Source: a bacterium (GTDB lineage: Bacteria > RBG-13-66-14). From it: a DNA stretch of 64,000 nucleotides. Positions 46,436 through 57,548 of the stretch are shown here, piece by piece. The DNA lies in the NCBI GenBank assembly GCA_035528375.1, contig DATKYS010000132.1, positions 731 to 64,730 on the forward strand. The letters are read 5' to 3'. Numbering within the stretch: position 1 is the first letter of the stretch; every line of letters starts with the position of its first letter. The position numbers and the translations under genes are program-made. The notes below the pieces were generated by a model, which worked only from the letters and a program-made list of their open reading frames with translations, was not told the origin of the DNA and did no database searches.

Positions 46436-46726
46436 ATGAAGTTCAAGCCTCTCGGAGACCGGATTCTGGTCAAGCGTCTCGTGGATGAGACCGAGAAAAC
46501 CTCGGGCGGCATCATCATCCCCGACACGGCCAAGGAAAAACCCCAGCGCGGGAAGGTCGTTTCGCTGGGCGAGGGCAAGCGCACCGAGGAGGGCAACCTC
46601 CTCCCCATGCGCCTGAAGAAGGGCCAGGAGATTCTCTTCGGCAAGTACTCCGGCAACGAGGTCAAGATTGACGGCGAGGAGTACATCATCATGCGCGAGG
46701 ACGACGTCCTGGGCGTCATCGAGTAG
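46436..46726 (+). CDS. groES: Co-chaperonin GroES
   Basis: [47 protein letters not shown]... Confidence 0.95.
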   Translation: MKFKPLGDRILVKRLVDETEKTSGGIIIPDTAKEKPQRGKVVSLGEGKRTEEGNLLPMRLKKGQEILFGKYSGNEVKIDGEEYIIMREDDVLGVIE

Positions 46727-46730
46727 CTAA

Positions 46731-48413
<1,683 letters not shown>

Positions 48414-48482
48414 GTGTTCTGGCCGTATAAAAAAAAGAGGGCGGGATATTTCCCGCCCTTTTTCGTGTTGTCGTGATTCTGT

Positions 48483-48600
48483 AGGGGCCGACCTTTAGGT
48501 CGGCCCGCTCCCCTATCCACGTGGGAGGTCTGCGAGGCACAGGGTCGGGGGTGAGGGCTGCCTCGTTAAAACGGGCGGGTGTGGACACCCGCCCCTACGT
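48483..48600. repeat. Second copy of the repeat modules GTAGGGGCCGACCTTTAGGTCGGCCC, GGGTCGGGGGTGAGGGC and GGGCGGGTGTGGACACCCGCCCCTAC
   Basis: Matches 39455..39660 module by module. Located in the groEL 3' intergenic region. Confidence 0.6.
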
Positions 48601-48731
48601 CAGCGCAACCGGGTTGAGGGCTTACGAATATTCTCCTCTACCGGTAAGTACCGTCGAATCTTTTTTTATTTTCCGAGGGAAATAAAGCCGCACCTATACA
48701 ACCTAGGTCGTCTTCGATTCCCGGTTCCTGT

Positions 48732-49250
48732 TCAGGGGTATACGATCAGCCCCAGCCAGCCGGTCAGGCCCACGCCGGTCTCGATCGGCCCATTGCCAAA
48801 AAGGTTCCATTCACGGCCGGCGCCCACCGAGAGCTTCACGTCGGCCAACAGTGCCAGACCGTGGGCGATCTCCCACCGCCAGCCGCCGTCCAGGTTCATC
48901 TCCCACCAGGCGCGATCCAAACGCAGGTCCCAGTTGAACCACTGCCAGGTGAAGGGGTAGCTCATCCCGGCGCCGAAGCCGAAGCGCAACGCCTGCCGCC
49001 GGGCTATCTCGTAGTACCGGATGATGCCCAGGGTCATCCGGTTCACCGTGTTGAACTCGAAGTTTACGCCGTAGGTGAACTCGAGGGCGGCGCCGTCAGT
49101 GTCGAGGAAGATTTCCAGCCCGAAAGCCGTCCGCCAGCCACCGCCGGAAGGCCAGGTGTAGCCCTCCACGCCGCCGCGGATACCGGCGAAGGGCACCGCC
49201 GCCGCCCCGCAAGAAAGAAGGGAAAGGATGACGAAAATGCGCCGGGGCAT
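48732..49250 (-). CDS. Small outer-membrane beta-barrel protein (OmpA_membrane/OmpW-like)
   Basis: Signal peptide, alternating aromatic beta-strands, C-terminal ...GWLGLIVYP. Confidence 0.55.
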   Translation of the reverse strand: MPRRIFVILSLLSCGAAAVPFAGIRGGVEGYTWPSGGGWRTAFGLEIFLDTDGAALEFTYGVNFEFNTVNRMTLGIIRYYEIARRQALRFGFGAGMSYPFTWQWFNWDLRLDRAWWEMNLDGGWRWEIAHGLALLADVKLSVGAGREWNLFGNGPIETGVGLTGWLGLIVYP

Positions 49251-49261
49251 CGCCCTCCGCC

Positions 49262-49885
49262 CTAGAAGTAGTAGTTAACGCCCAGGCCGATGGCCCAGTG
49301 GACGCTGCCCGCGAAGTCGAAGAAGGTCGTCGGCCGCAGGGCGAGGAAGTCCATGACGAAGACCTCTATCCCCCCGTTGATGTTGAAGCCCACGTTGGTC
49401 TTGTCGCCGTCGTGGTAGACCGGGTCGGCGTTGTCCTCGGGGTCGTCATCGCCGCGGTCCGCGTAATCGAAGGCCTTCCAGGAGCCCATGTCCAGGGCGA
49501 TGCCCGCCCCCAGAAAGGCGGTGAACATCTCGCTCAGCGGAATGTTGTACTGGGCCCCCAGGTCCACGTGGATCATGTTGGTGTACTCGCCGAGGCCGAA
49601 ATCCAGGCCCAGCTTCGCCGCCAGGTTTTCCGCGAAGTAGTACGCCCCGGAAACCCCGACCAGAAAGCCGCCGCCGTCGTGGCCGTAGCCGTTCACGGGC
49701 CAGGTCATGTAACCCAGCATCAGCCCGGCGGAAATGGCCCCGGGTTTGTGGAAGTTGCCCTCGGCGTCGGGGGTCGTGGGTGTGGTCGTCTCCTCTCCGT
49801 CGCCGGGGTCGTAGGTGACCTCCTCCCGGGCCGCGCTCGGGGCGAGCAAGGCCGTCAGCAGGCAGAAGAGCAGCATGTACCTCAT
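49262..49885 (-). CDS. Small outer-membrane beta-barrel protein, adjacent to the previous one
   Basis: Signal peptide MRYMLLFCLLTALLAPSAA, C-terminal ...AIGLGVNYYF OMP terminus. Confidence 0.55.
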   Translation of the reverse strand: MRYMLLFCLLTALLAPSAAREEVTYDPGDGEETTTPTTPDAEGNFHKPGAISAGLMLGYMTWPVNGYGHDGGGFLVGVSGAYYFAENLAAKLGLDFGLGEYTNMIHVDLGAQYNIPLSEMFTAFLGAGIALDMGSWKAFDYADRGDDDPEDNADPVYHDGDKTNVGFNINGGIEVFVMDFLALRPTTFFDFAGSVHWAIGLGVNYYF

Positions 49886-49994
49886 ATCGGCGTCCTCGGT
49901 TTGGGTTGAGAGGCTTTTAGGGCAGTATAGCACGGTGGGGCAACGTCTTACAATTCTTACCCTTGACTAAAAAACGTCAGCGGGCTAAACTTCA

Positions 49995-51191
49995 GTGGGG
50001 TTCGGTGAAAAACGCTCCAGGGAGATGTTCGCCCAAATGGCTAAACGTTTCCAGCTCGGACCGGAGATCGAGCGCTACACACAGCTCCTGGCGCGCGATC
50101 CCGATTCCCTAGCCTTCGTGCCCCTGGCGGACGCCTACCGCAAGAGCGGCCTCTTCGAGGAGTCCTTCGCGGTGCTCAAGCGGGGGATGGGCCGGCGTCC
50201 CGATTACATCCCCGCCAAGATAGTTTTAGGCAAGTGCTACCTGGACCTGGGCAACTACCCCAAGGCTGAGACCACCTTTGAGGACATCCTGCGGTTGGAC
50301 CGGGACAACCTCGTGGCGCTCTCCTCCATGGCCAACGTCAGGTTGCACCAGCGGCGCTACGGCGAGGCGGCCACCATCTACCGCCGCATCCTCGAACTCG
50401 ACCCGTCCAACGACGCCGCGGCCCAGCAGTTGGCGAAACTGGAGGGCAAGGCCCTCTCGCAGAACCAGGGTGAGGTCATCGAGATAGACATTGAATCCAC
50501 CGCGACGAAGATCCCGGCCACCGAGCCTCTCTCCGGCGAGATCGAGGAGGTCGAGGAGAGGCCTCCGGACACCCTCGACTTCGAGAACGTGATGCGGGCT
50601 GGATCCCTCCCCTCATCCCGGGAATCCGGCGAGGCTCTGCCGGTGACGGAGCCGCCCGTGGATGGACCGGAGGTCTCGGTGGGGGAATCCCGGGGAAGCG
50701 GCGATGGTGCTGATTCACCGCCGATCACCGGGAAGGCTGCGACCGGTGTGGAACCGGCTGACTCCGGCTCGAACGGCGAACCCACGGAGATAGATTTGGA
50801 CCTCATCCCCCCGGTGGTGCCCCTCGACATCGTGGATGATGAGCCCCGGGAAACTGTCGCTGAAAAGGACGTGGTTCCCCCGGACCCGTCGAAAGCCGGA
50901 GGGGAGAAGCCGGTGAGGCACGCCGGCGACGAGCCCGAAATCAATGTTGATGTGCCCGTGCCTCCGCCGCCCGACACCGAGGAACTGGCCCTCGTGGAAC
51001 CGGAGCACGTCGAGGTGATGCCCGAAGACGAGGTGCCCCCGGAGATACCCCCGGTGAAGGACACGGCTCCGATTATTCCCACCGAAGAATCCGATAAACC
51101 CGCTTTCAAGACCTTCTCGAGCTGGCTCTCCGGCATGGCCGGACGGAAAGACGAAGAGGTAGAGGAAGAGGACAAAGGAGTCGAGCAGTGA
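49995..51191 (+). CDS. TPR-repeat protein with acidic/Pro-rich C-terminal tail
   Basis: Three or four TPR-like helices (AKIVLGKCYLDLGNYPKAETTFEDILRLD...) followed by a low-complexity PE/PV-rich tail. Stop overlaps the next gene's start. Confidence 0.6.
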   Translation: MGFGEKRSREMFAQMAKRFQLGPEIERYTQLLARDPDSLAFVPLADAYRKSGLFEESFAVLKRGMGRRPDYIPAKIVLGKCYLDLGNYPKAETTFEDILRLDRDNLVALSSMANVRLHQRRYGEAATIYRRILELDPSNDAAAQQLAKLEGKALSQNQGEVIEIDIESTATKIPATEPLSGEIEEVEERPPDTLDFENVMRAGSLPSSRESGEALPVTEPPVDGPEVSVGESRGSGDGADSPPITGKAATGVEPADSGSNGEPTEIDLDLIPPVVPLDIVDDEPRETVAEKDVVPPDPSKAGGEKPVRHAGDEPEINVDVPVPPPPDTEELALVEPEHVEVMPEDEVPPEIPPVKDTAPIIPTEESDKPAFKTFSSWLSGMAGRKDEEVEEEDKGVEQ

Positions 51192-51544
51192 ATGAGGTCG
51201 TGGAAATCCTGAAACGCCTGCTCGTGGTCAAAGAGGTCAAGGTCGCCGTGGTGGTCGGGGAGGACGGGCTCGTGCTCGATTCCGCCGGCTCCGAGGAGGC
51301 CGACGTCGAGGCCATCGGGGCGATTTGCGCCAGCGGCTACCTCTCCTTCAAGCAGATCGGCGAGGAGCTCAACTACGGGGCCGTAGTCCAATCCGTCACC
51401 CGATTCCAGTCCGGCGTCATCGTCCTCTCCCGGCTGCCCAACCAGCTGACCCTGGCCGTGGTGGCGACGGAAAAGGCCAACCTGGCCAAGGTCTGGGACG
51501 CCACCGGCGGAATAATCACCGACATGGCGCGGCTGCTGCGTTAA
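51188..51544 (+). CDS. Roadblock/LC7 (MglB-like) domain protein
   Basis: 118 aa. VVGEDGLVLDSAGS...AICASGYLSF...VLSRL, typical of Roadblock/LC7. Confidence 0.65.
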   Translation: MNEVVEILKRLLVVKEVKVAVVVGEDGLVLDSAGSEEADVEAIGAICASGYLSFKQIGEELNYGAVVQSVTRFQSGVIVLSRLPNQLTLAVVATEKANLAKVWDATGGIITDMARLLR

Positions 51545-51559
51545 GGACTCGCCGCGGAA

Positions 51560-52159
51560 TTGGATTATCAAACCCGACTCATCGAGGCCGCTCTGGCTGC
51601 CCTGGACGAGCGCCGGGGCGGCCATGTGCTGAGGACCGCCCAGGTCGCCGCCGGGCTTTCCCCGGGGATGGAGGGAAGGTTCCGCGAGCTCTCCCTGCCG
51701 GACGAGGAACCGGTCGCCGGTGTGCCGCTGTCCTCGCGGGCCTATCTGGCCGGCATCCTGCACGATTCACACCGCGACGGCTCCGGCCCCACACCCGATT
51801 TCCCCCTGGACGAGATTGAGGCGCGCTACCCCTGGAAGCTCGCCCACGCCGCCCTGGCGGCCCAGTTCGCCTACGATGGGGGACTGCGCGACGCGGGCGT
51901 GCTCTTCGCCGTCCGGTACCACACCATCGGCCACCCCTCGCCGACGCCGCTTCTGTGCTCCCTGATGCTGGCCGACGCAATCGAGCCGGGCCGCGCGCAC
52001 GAGGGCGTGGAGGAGATTCGAGAAACCGCCGGGCGCGACCCCGTCGCCGCCCTGGTTAAGCGTCTGAAGAGCACCACCGGTTTCGTCGCCGCTCAGGGGC
52101 TCGAGGTCCACCCGAACGCCCTGGCCCAGATAGCGACCCTGGAACGGGCTTTAAAATGA
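51560..52159 (+). CDS. yqeK: HD-domain bis(5'-nucleosyl)-tetraphosphatase YqeK-like
   Basis: HD motif (GILHDSHR), about 200 aa, positioned directly upstream of rsfS as in the conserved nadD-yqeK-rsfS arrangement. Confidence 0.55.
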   Translation: MDYQTRLIEAALAALDERRGGHVLRTAQVAAGLSPGMEGRFRELSLPDEEPVAGVPLSSRAYLAGILHDSHRDGSGPTPDFPLDEIEARYPWKLAHAALAAQFAYDGGLRDAGVLFAVRYHTIGHPSPTPLLCSLMLADAIEPGRAHEGVEEIRETAGRDPVAALVKRLKSTTGFVAAQGLEVHPNALAQIATLERALK

Positions 52160-52524
52160 GCACCACCCGGAAATCACCGCCCGAGGGAGAGGAGCTGGTC
52201 CGCCTCATCGCGCTCTGCCTCGACGAGGGCAAAGCGGAGGAGGTCGTCGCCCTCGACCTTAGGGGTATCGGGGCGATGAGCGACTATTTCGTCATCGCTT
52301 CGGGTGTCACCGACAACCACGTCCGGGCGCTGTGCGAGCGAATCGAGCGCGACCTCGTCCCGAAGGGCGCCAAGCCGCTCCATCGCGAGGGGCTCGAGAC
52401 CTGTAACTGGGTTCTCTTGGACTACTTCGAGGTGGTCGTGCACGTCTTCCGTCGCCCGGTGCGGCGGTATTACGACCTGGAGCGGCTCTGGGGCGACGCG
52501 CCGGCGCTGGAGCTGGGACTTTAA
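52156..52524 (+). CDS. rsfS: Ribosomal silencing factor RsfS (Iojap)
   Basis: KAEEVVALDLRGIGAMSDYFVIASGVTDNHVRAL...VLLDYFEVVVHVF, which is RsfS. Confidence 0.85.
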   Translation: MSTTRKSPPEGEELVRLIALCLDEGKAEEVVALDLRGIGAMSDYFVIASGVTDNHVRALCERIERDLVPKGAKPLHREGLETCNWVLLDYFEVVVHVFRRPVRRYYDLERLWGDAPALELGL

Positions 52525-52992
52525 GTGTTCACCGTCCGGCTGCTCACCGTCTCCCCGACGCGGCGCGATTTCGTCCGCGACGGGCTCGCATTCTACATCG
52601 AGCGCCTGAACCGCTTCTGCAATTTTCATCTGGTGGAGGTGCGTGAAGTTCCCCTGAAGGAGGGGGAGAAGGGGGGGGCGGAATGGGCCCGCCGGCGGGC
52701 CGCGGTCGCCCTGGCCGCCAAGCGCGCGGGGGGATTCGCCTCCGTTCAGGTGGATCCGCGGGGGCGGCAGCTCTCCAGCGAGGAGTTCGCGAAATGGCTC
52801 GACGGGGCAAGGCGGACTAAGCCGGGCCTGGACGTCATTCTCGGCGGAGCCGCGGGGCTGGAGCCGATGAAGGTGGACCTCATGCTTTCCCTCGGACCGT
52901 GGACGCTGCCCCACGAGCTGGCGCGCCTGGTGGTCATCGAAGGGCTCTACCGCACTTTCACCATCCTCACCGGACACCCGTACCACAAATGA
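52525..52992 (+). CDS. rlmH: 23S rRNA (pseudouridine1915-N3)-methyltransferase RlmH
   Basis: SPOUT-fold, 155 aa. ...ILGGAAGLEP...LPHELARLVVIEGLYRTFTILTGHPYHK. Probably a GTG start. Confidence 0.75.
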   Translation: MFTVRLLTVSPTRRDFVRDGLAFYIERLNRFCNFHLVEVREVPLKEGEKGGAEWARRRAAVALAAKRAGGFASVQVDPRGRQLSSEEFAKWLDGARRTKPGLDVILGGAAGLEPMKVDLMLSLGPWTLPHELARLVVIEGLYRTFTILTGHPYHK

Positions 52993-52996
52993 TTTT

Positions 52997-54826
52997 ATGC
53001 CTCTGGAAGATTTAAAGAAAAGCCTGTCGGCGATAATCGGCAAAACGGCCGAGGGGCTCTTCGACCTCCCGGACGGCCCGCCCGCCTTCGACCTCTCGCC
53101 CTCGGCGGAGCCGAAATTCGGGCACTTCGCCTGCAACCTGGCGTTGCAGCTCGCCGGTCCGCTGAAGCGCAGCCCGCGGCAGATTGGCGAGGCATTGGCC
53201 GGAGAGTTGGAGAAGGTTTTTGGGGATTTGGTGGAGCGGATCGAGGTCGCCGGGCCGGGTTTTTTGAACTTCCACCTCGCCGCCGGGGCGCAGGCCGAGC
53301 CGGTGAAGTCCATTCTCGCGGAAGAGAAGCCCTTCCTCTGGCCCGCCGAGAAGCCGCTAAAGATCAACTTGGAGTACGTGAGCGCCAACCCGACGGGTCC
53401 GCTGCTGGTGGTGAACGGCCGCGCCGCGGCCCTGGGCAGCGCGTTGGCGAAAATCCTCGTATCGGTGGGCCACCAGGTCACGGAAGAGTATTTCGTCAAC
53501 GATGCTGGTAGCCAAGTGGTCGAGTTCGGCAAGAGCGTGTTCCGGGAGAATAGGGACAAGTATCGTAAGGCTGGATATGAGATACCAAATAATGTTTATG
53601 ATTTGGGTAACGAGGGAGGCTATGCAGGTGATACTACTTCTGATGTAGCTGACACTGTTTATAAGAGCTTTATAGAAGAATACATGGCGACTACGCGAAA
53701 AATGATCTTTGACGAAAAAGCATATATAGATGAAGTAAATAACAGTGTAGTTGCTCAGCTGGAAAAGCAACAAATTACATTAAAACGATTTGGTTGTTTG
53801 TTCCAACAGTTTTATAAAGAGCACTATCTCTACTTCCCATCGGTTCGTCCATCCTATAGGAGCGTACTTGAAAATTATATTTTAAACGATGAATTATACA
53901 TTGAGCGACTTCCAGGCCCAATTCGGGATGCCCTTTACCTACTTAAAGAGCTACGGATCGCCTACGAGTCCGAGGGCGCGGTCTGGCTCAGGACCACCGA
54001 CTACGGCGACGAGAAGGACCGCGTCATCGTCCGCTCCAACGGCAAGCCGACCTATCTCCTCACCGACATCGCCTACCACCTGGACAAGTGGGAACGGCTC
54101 GGCGGGGACGAGTCGGGACGCCTGATGATTGACATCTGGGGACCGGACCACCACGGCCACATCCTCCCCACCAAGGCCGGCCTCCAGGCCGCCGGCATCC
54201 CGCCGGACAGGCTGGAGGTTTTAATCTCCGGTTGGGTGACGCTCAAACGCGGCGGCGAAATCGTCTCCATGAGCAAGCGCAAGGGGAACATCGTCACCCT
54301 GGACGAGCTTCTGGACGAGGTCGGGGTGGACGTGGCGCGGTACATGTTCCTCGAGCGCTCGCCCGAGGCGCACCTGGACTTCGACCTGGACCTGGCCGTC
54401 CAGCAGTCCTCGGAGAACCCGGCGTACTACATCCAGTACGCCCACGCGCGCATCGAGAGCATCTTCTCCGTGGCCCGGGAGGAAGGTTTTAGCGAGGATG
54501 AGCTTGGCGATGCCTCACTGGCGGAAGCCGACCTGACGCCCCTCTTTACCGACGACGACGCGGGCGAGCGTCAGCGGGAACTCCTGCGGCAGATAATCTT
54601 CTACCCCGGCGTGGTCGCGGGCGCCGCGGCGGGCTACGCCCCCCAGCGCGTGACCGCCTATCTGCACAACCTGGCCGGCGTCTTCCACCCGTACTACAAG
54701 AAGGTCAAGGTGCTGGTGGAGGAACGGGGGACGGCGCTGGCGCGGCTCGCTTTATGCCGGTCGTTGCAGAAAATCCTGGCCCACGGGCTCGGCCTGTTGG
54801 GCATATCGGCCCCCGAGTCCATGTAG
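52997..54826 (+). CDS. argS: Arginine--tRNA ligase (mosaic: in-frame low-GC segment at 53520..53900; degenerate HIGH motif)
   Basis: ArgS N-terminal Add-1 domain, ...EYVSANPTGPL[LVVN]GR... where HVGH is expected, ...WLRTTDYGDEKDRVIVRSNGKPTYLLTDIAYH..., SMSKRKGN, C-terminal DALR anticodon-binding domain. Confidence 0.85.
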   Translation: MPLEDLKKSLSAIIGKTAEGLFDLPDGPPAFDLSPSAEPKFGHFACNLALQLAGPLKRSPRQIGEALAGELEKVFGDLVERIEVAGPGFLNFHLAAGAQAEPVKSILAEEKPFLWPAEKPLKINLEYVSANPTGPLLVVNGRAAALGSALAKILVSVGHQVTEEYFVNDAGSQVVEFGKSVFRENRDKYRKAGYEIPNNVYDLGNEGGYAGDTTSDVADTVYKSFIEEYMATTRKMIFDEKAYIDEVNNSVVAQLEKQQITLKRFGCLFQQFYKEHYLYFPSVRPSYRSVLENYILNDELYIERLPGPIRDALYLLKELRIAYESEGAVWLRTTDYGDEKDRVIVRSNGKPTYLLTDIAYHLDKWERLGGDESGRLMIDIWGPDHHGHILPTKAGLQAAGIPPDRLEVLISGWVTLKRGGEIVSMSKRKGNIVTLDELLDEVGVDVARYMFLERSPEAHLDFDLDLAVQQSSENPAYYIQYAHARIESIFSVAREEGFSEDELGDASLAEADLTPLFTDDDAGERQRELLRQIIFYPGVVAGAAAGYAPQRVTAYLHNLAGVFHPYYKKVKVLVEERGTALARLALCRSLQKILAHGLGLLGISAPESM

Positions 54827-54868
54827 CGGCGGTCCGCGGACTGGTTTATACTGGTTCCGAGGGAACCC

Positions 54869-55765
54869 ATGCGGAAACTTTACGGCTTGATCCGGCTGAT
54901 GCGGCCCAGGCAGTGGCTGAAGAACGTCGTCGTCTTCGCCGGCGTCGTGTTCGCGCAGCTTTACACCTCCCCGGCGGCGCTTCTGCGGTCCCTGGAGGCC
55001 TTCGGCATCTTCTGCCTCCTTTCGGGGGCGGTTTACGCCCTCAACGACGCCGTGGACGCCGAGCGCGACCGCTCGCACCCACACAAGAAAAACCGCCCGG
55101 TCGCCTCGGGCTTGGTGCCCCGGTCGCTGGCCTACTCCTGGTCCATCGTTCTGGCCGCCGGGGGGCTCCTGGCGGCCTGGACGGTCACGGAGGGCTTCCT
55201 CATCGTCGGCGCCGTTTACCTCGGCCTGAACCTGATTTATAGCTTCTGGGCCAAGAAGGTGGTCATCCTCGACGTCCTCCTCGTCGCCTTCGGCTTCGTA
55301 CTGCGGGCCATCGGCGGCGTGGAGGCGCTGGTGGACTTTTCGCCGGGCCTGAAGTCCTCCCCCTGGTTCCTGGCGGTGACGCTCTTTTTGGCGCTCTTCC
55401 TGGCCCTGGAGAAGCGCCGGGCCGAGCTCACGTCCCTGGCCGAAGGCGCGGAGAGCCACCGCAAGACCCTGAGCGAGTACTCCACGCGCCTGTTGGACCA
55501 GATGTCCGCCGTGGTCACGACCGCCACCGTGGTGGCCTACAGCCTCTACACCCTCTGGCCCTCGACCGTGGAGCGGTTCGGGACCGAGGGGCTCGTCTAC
55601 ACGGTCCCCCTCGTTCTCTACGGCGTCTTCCGCTACCTCTACGACGTGGAGCAGCGGCGGCTGGGCGGCAACCCCTCGGCCATCCTCTCCAAGGACGTTT
55701 CGCTTTTGGTGGACGTTTTACTATGGGCCGCGGCGGTGGTGCTCATCATCCACTTCAAGCCGTAG
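54869..55765 (+). CDS. UbiA-family prenyltransferase, decaprenyl-phosphate phosphoribosyltransferase-like
   Basis: Polytopic membrane protein. NDAVDAERDRSHPHKKNRPVASG (Asp-rich motif), second motif region ~LALEKRRAEL. Confidence 0.7.
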   Translation: MRKLYGLIRLMRPRQWLKNVVVFAGVVFAQLYTSPAALLRSLEAFGIFCLLSGAVYALNDAVDAERDRSHPHKKNRPVASGLVPRSLAYSWSIVLAAGGLLAAWTVTEGFLIVGAVYLGLNLIYSFWAKKVVILDVLLVAFGFVLRAIGGVEALVDFSPGLKSSPWFLAVTLFLALFLALEKRRAELTSLAEGAESHRKTLSEYSTRLLDQMSAVVTTATVVAYSLYTLWPSTVERFGTEGLVYTVPLVLYGVFRYLYDVEQRRLGGNPSAILSKDVSLLVDVLLWAAAVVLIIHFKP

Positions 55766-55814
55766 TTTTAACGAAAGGCGGGCCCGGCCCGCCTTTTTAA
55801 AAACCCGCGAACGG

Positions 55815-56324
55815 TCAGTCCTCCATCGTCCACTGGTTGATGCCGAACCAGTGGCCGGTGTTGTTGATGTAATCGAGCTGTGACCTGAGCAGCTCGAAGT
55901 GACCCTCCTCCATCTGGGCGAGGTTTTTAAAGGTCTCGCGGACGGTGGCATCGTCGGCCTTGCGCGACCACTCGGTGTAATAGTCTATGGCTTCCCGCTC
56001 CAGGTTAATGGCCGTCTTGATGGCGTGGAGCTCGTTGGCGCCCTCGGCCCCGGCGGTCCTCTTCGCCACCGAATCGAGTTTCGGGACGAGCTCCGCAATC
56101 TCCGTCTGCGAGATTTCTATCGGCTCGATGGGCTTCCCGGCGAAGGCGTCGTTGAACTGCCGCCGCAGAATCTCGTAGTGGTCCACCTCCTCCCGGGCCA
56201 GGGTGATGAACATGTTCTTGCCGGTCTCGTCCCTGGTCTGCCGGGCGAACTCCAGATAGGTGGTGAAACCGGTTATCTCGGCCTCTATGGCCTGGGCGAG
56301 CACCTGTGCCACGGTTTTGCTCAA
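55815..56324 (-). CDS. Rubrerythrin-like ferritin-fold (diiron) protein, no rubredoxin tail
   Basis: EAEITGFTTYLEFA...LAREEVDHYEIL...ERE...MEEGHFELL, the ExxH diiron ligand pairs. Confidence 0.7.
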   Translation of the reverse strand: MSKTVAQVLAQAIEAEITGFTTYLEFARQTRDETGKNMFITLAREEVDHYEILRRQFNDAFAGKPIEPIEISQTEIAELVPKLDSVAKRTAGAEGANELHAIKTAINLEREAIDYYTEWSRKADDATVRETFKNLAQMEEGHFELLRSQLDYINNTGHWFGINQWTMED

Positions 56325-56371
56325 GGGTGCCTCCTGCGCTGGGTCGTTGATTATCGTCGTCTATCTCGTGC

Positions 56372-56397
56372 CGGCAAGGGGCTTAAACCCCTTGTCT
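56372..56397. repeat. Palindromic repeat GGCAAGGGGCTTAAACCCCTTG (copy of 7826..7849)
   Basis: 22 of 24 nt identical to the 7826 copy. Lies between the ychF stop and the rubrerythrin start. Confidence 0.6.
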
Positions 56398-56400
56398 CCT

Positions 56401-57465
56401 TTATACGGAAAAACGGAAGAGGATGACGTCGCCGTCCTGGACCGGGTAGTCTTTGCCCTCGATGCGGTAGAGGCCTCTCTTTTTGAGCTCGGCGATAGAG
56501 CCGTGCTCGCGCAGGTCTTCGAAGTGGGCCACCTCGGCGCGGATGAAGCCGTGGGCGATGTCGGAGTGTATGCAGGCCGCCGCCTCGAGGGCGGATGCGC
56601 CGCGCGGGAGAGTCCAGGCCCGGGTCTCTTTCTCGCCGGAGGTGAAGAAGCTCGACAGGCCCAAGGTGTCGTAACAGGCCCTGATCACTCGCTGGACGCC
56701 GTCTTCGGGCAGGTCGAACTCCCTCCTCATCAGTCCGGCTTCTTCAGGCTCCAGGCCGGCCAGCTCGCCCTCCAGCTTCCCGTGGATGACGAGCGGCTCG
56801 GCGGTCATTTGATCGAAATCTTTCGACAGGTCGCGCCCGTCGGCGTCCGCATTCAGGAGCGTGATGGTCGGCTTCAGCGTCAACAGGCCCAGGCCGCGGA
56901 CCAGCTCCTCCTCGGCGGGGGTGAGGTCCACGGCGGATGCGGGACCGCCCCCCTCGAGCGTCCGCGCCAGCCGCCCGAGAGCCTCCCGCTCGACGCTCGC
57001 CAACTCCAACGCCCGCTTGTCGCTCCGGTTCACCCCCCTGTCCACGTTCTCCATCCGGGTTTGAACCGCGCCGAGGTCGGCCACGCCCAGTTCCAGCACG
57101 AAGACCTCGAAATCCCGGGCCGGGTTCACGGAGCCCTCGGGGTGGGGAACGTTGGGGTCATCGAAGGCGCGCAGAACGACGAGAAGGGCGTCGGCACGGC
57201 GAAGCTCGCTGATGAAACGCGCCGCCACCGATCCCCCGCCCTGACCCCGGGCCAGACCGGCCACATCGAGGTAGGTCACCTGCGCCCGGGTAAGCTTCCC
57301 CTTCCCCTCCAGGGACCAGAGCCATTCCAAACGCTCGTCAGCCACCGGCGTCACCTCCACGTTGACCTCCACTTTCCCGGGGTGCGAGTCGTGGTGCGAT
57401 CCGGTCAGGAGGTTGAAGAGGGTGGTCTTGCCCGACTGGGGCAGCCCGCAGAGGCCGACGTTCAT
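56401..57465 (-). CDS. ychF: Ribosome-binding ATPase YchF (Obg-like ATPase)
   Basis: GLCGLPQSGKTTLFNLLT P-loop, ...TGS domain C-terminus (YPVQDGDVILFRFSV). Start set at MNVGLCGL inside the longer track ORF. Confidence 0.8.
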   Translation of the reverse strand: MNVGLCGLPQSGKTTLFNLLTGSHHDSHPGKVEVNVEVTPVADERLEWLWSLEGKGKLTRAQVTYLDVAGLARGQGGGSVAARFISELRRADALLVVLRAFDDPNVPHPEGSVNPARDFEVFVLELGVADLGAVQTRMENVDRGVNRSDKRALELASVEREALGRLARTLEGGGPASAVDLTPAEEELVRGLGLLTLKPTITLLNADADGRDLSKDFDQMTAEPLVIHGKLEGELAGLEPEEAGLMRREFDLPEDGVQRVIRACYDTLGLSSFFTSGEKETRAWTLPRGASALEAAACIHSDIAHGFIRAEVAHFEDLREHGSIAELKKRGLYRIEGKDYPVQDGDVILFRFSV

Positions 57466-57548
57466 CGTACCCGGTCCGTTTCGATGGCGGAAAAAGTATA
57501 GCAGCCGGTGCCGCGGCTGTCGAGACGACGGCGCCTGAACCTTCCCTC

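Noticed and set aside
53520-53900. Low-GC segment in argS interpreted as an inserted mobile element or intein
   Set aside because: The segment stays in frame. It encodes ArgS-like catalytic-domain sequence that rejoins the conserved ...WLRTTDYGDEKDRV... block at the expected position. No intein splice motifs or IS ends are present. Intragenic recombination or mosaicism is more likely, and assembly chimerism cannot be excluded.
56372-56397. Hairpin as intrinsic terminator of ychF (minus strand)
   Set aside because: On the ychF sense strand the hairpin is not followed by a U-run. Its sequence is a copy of a repeat found elsewhere, so it is treated as a repeat element instead.
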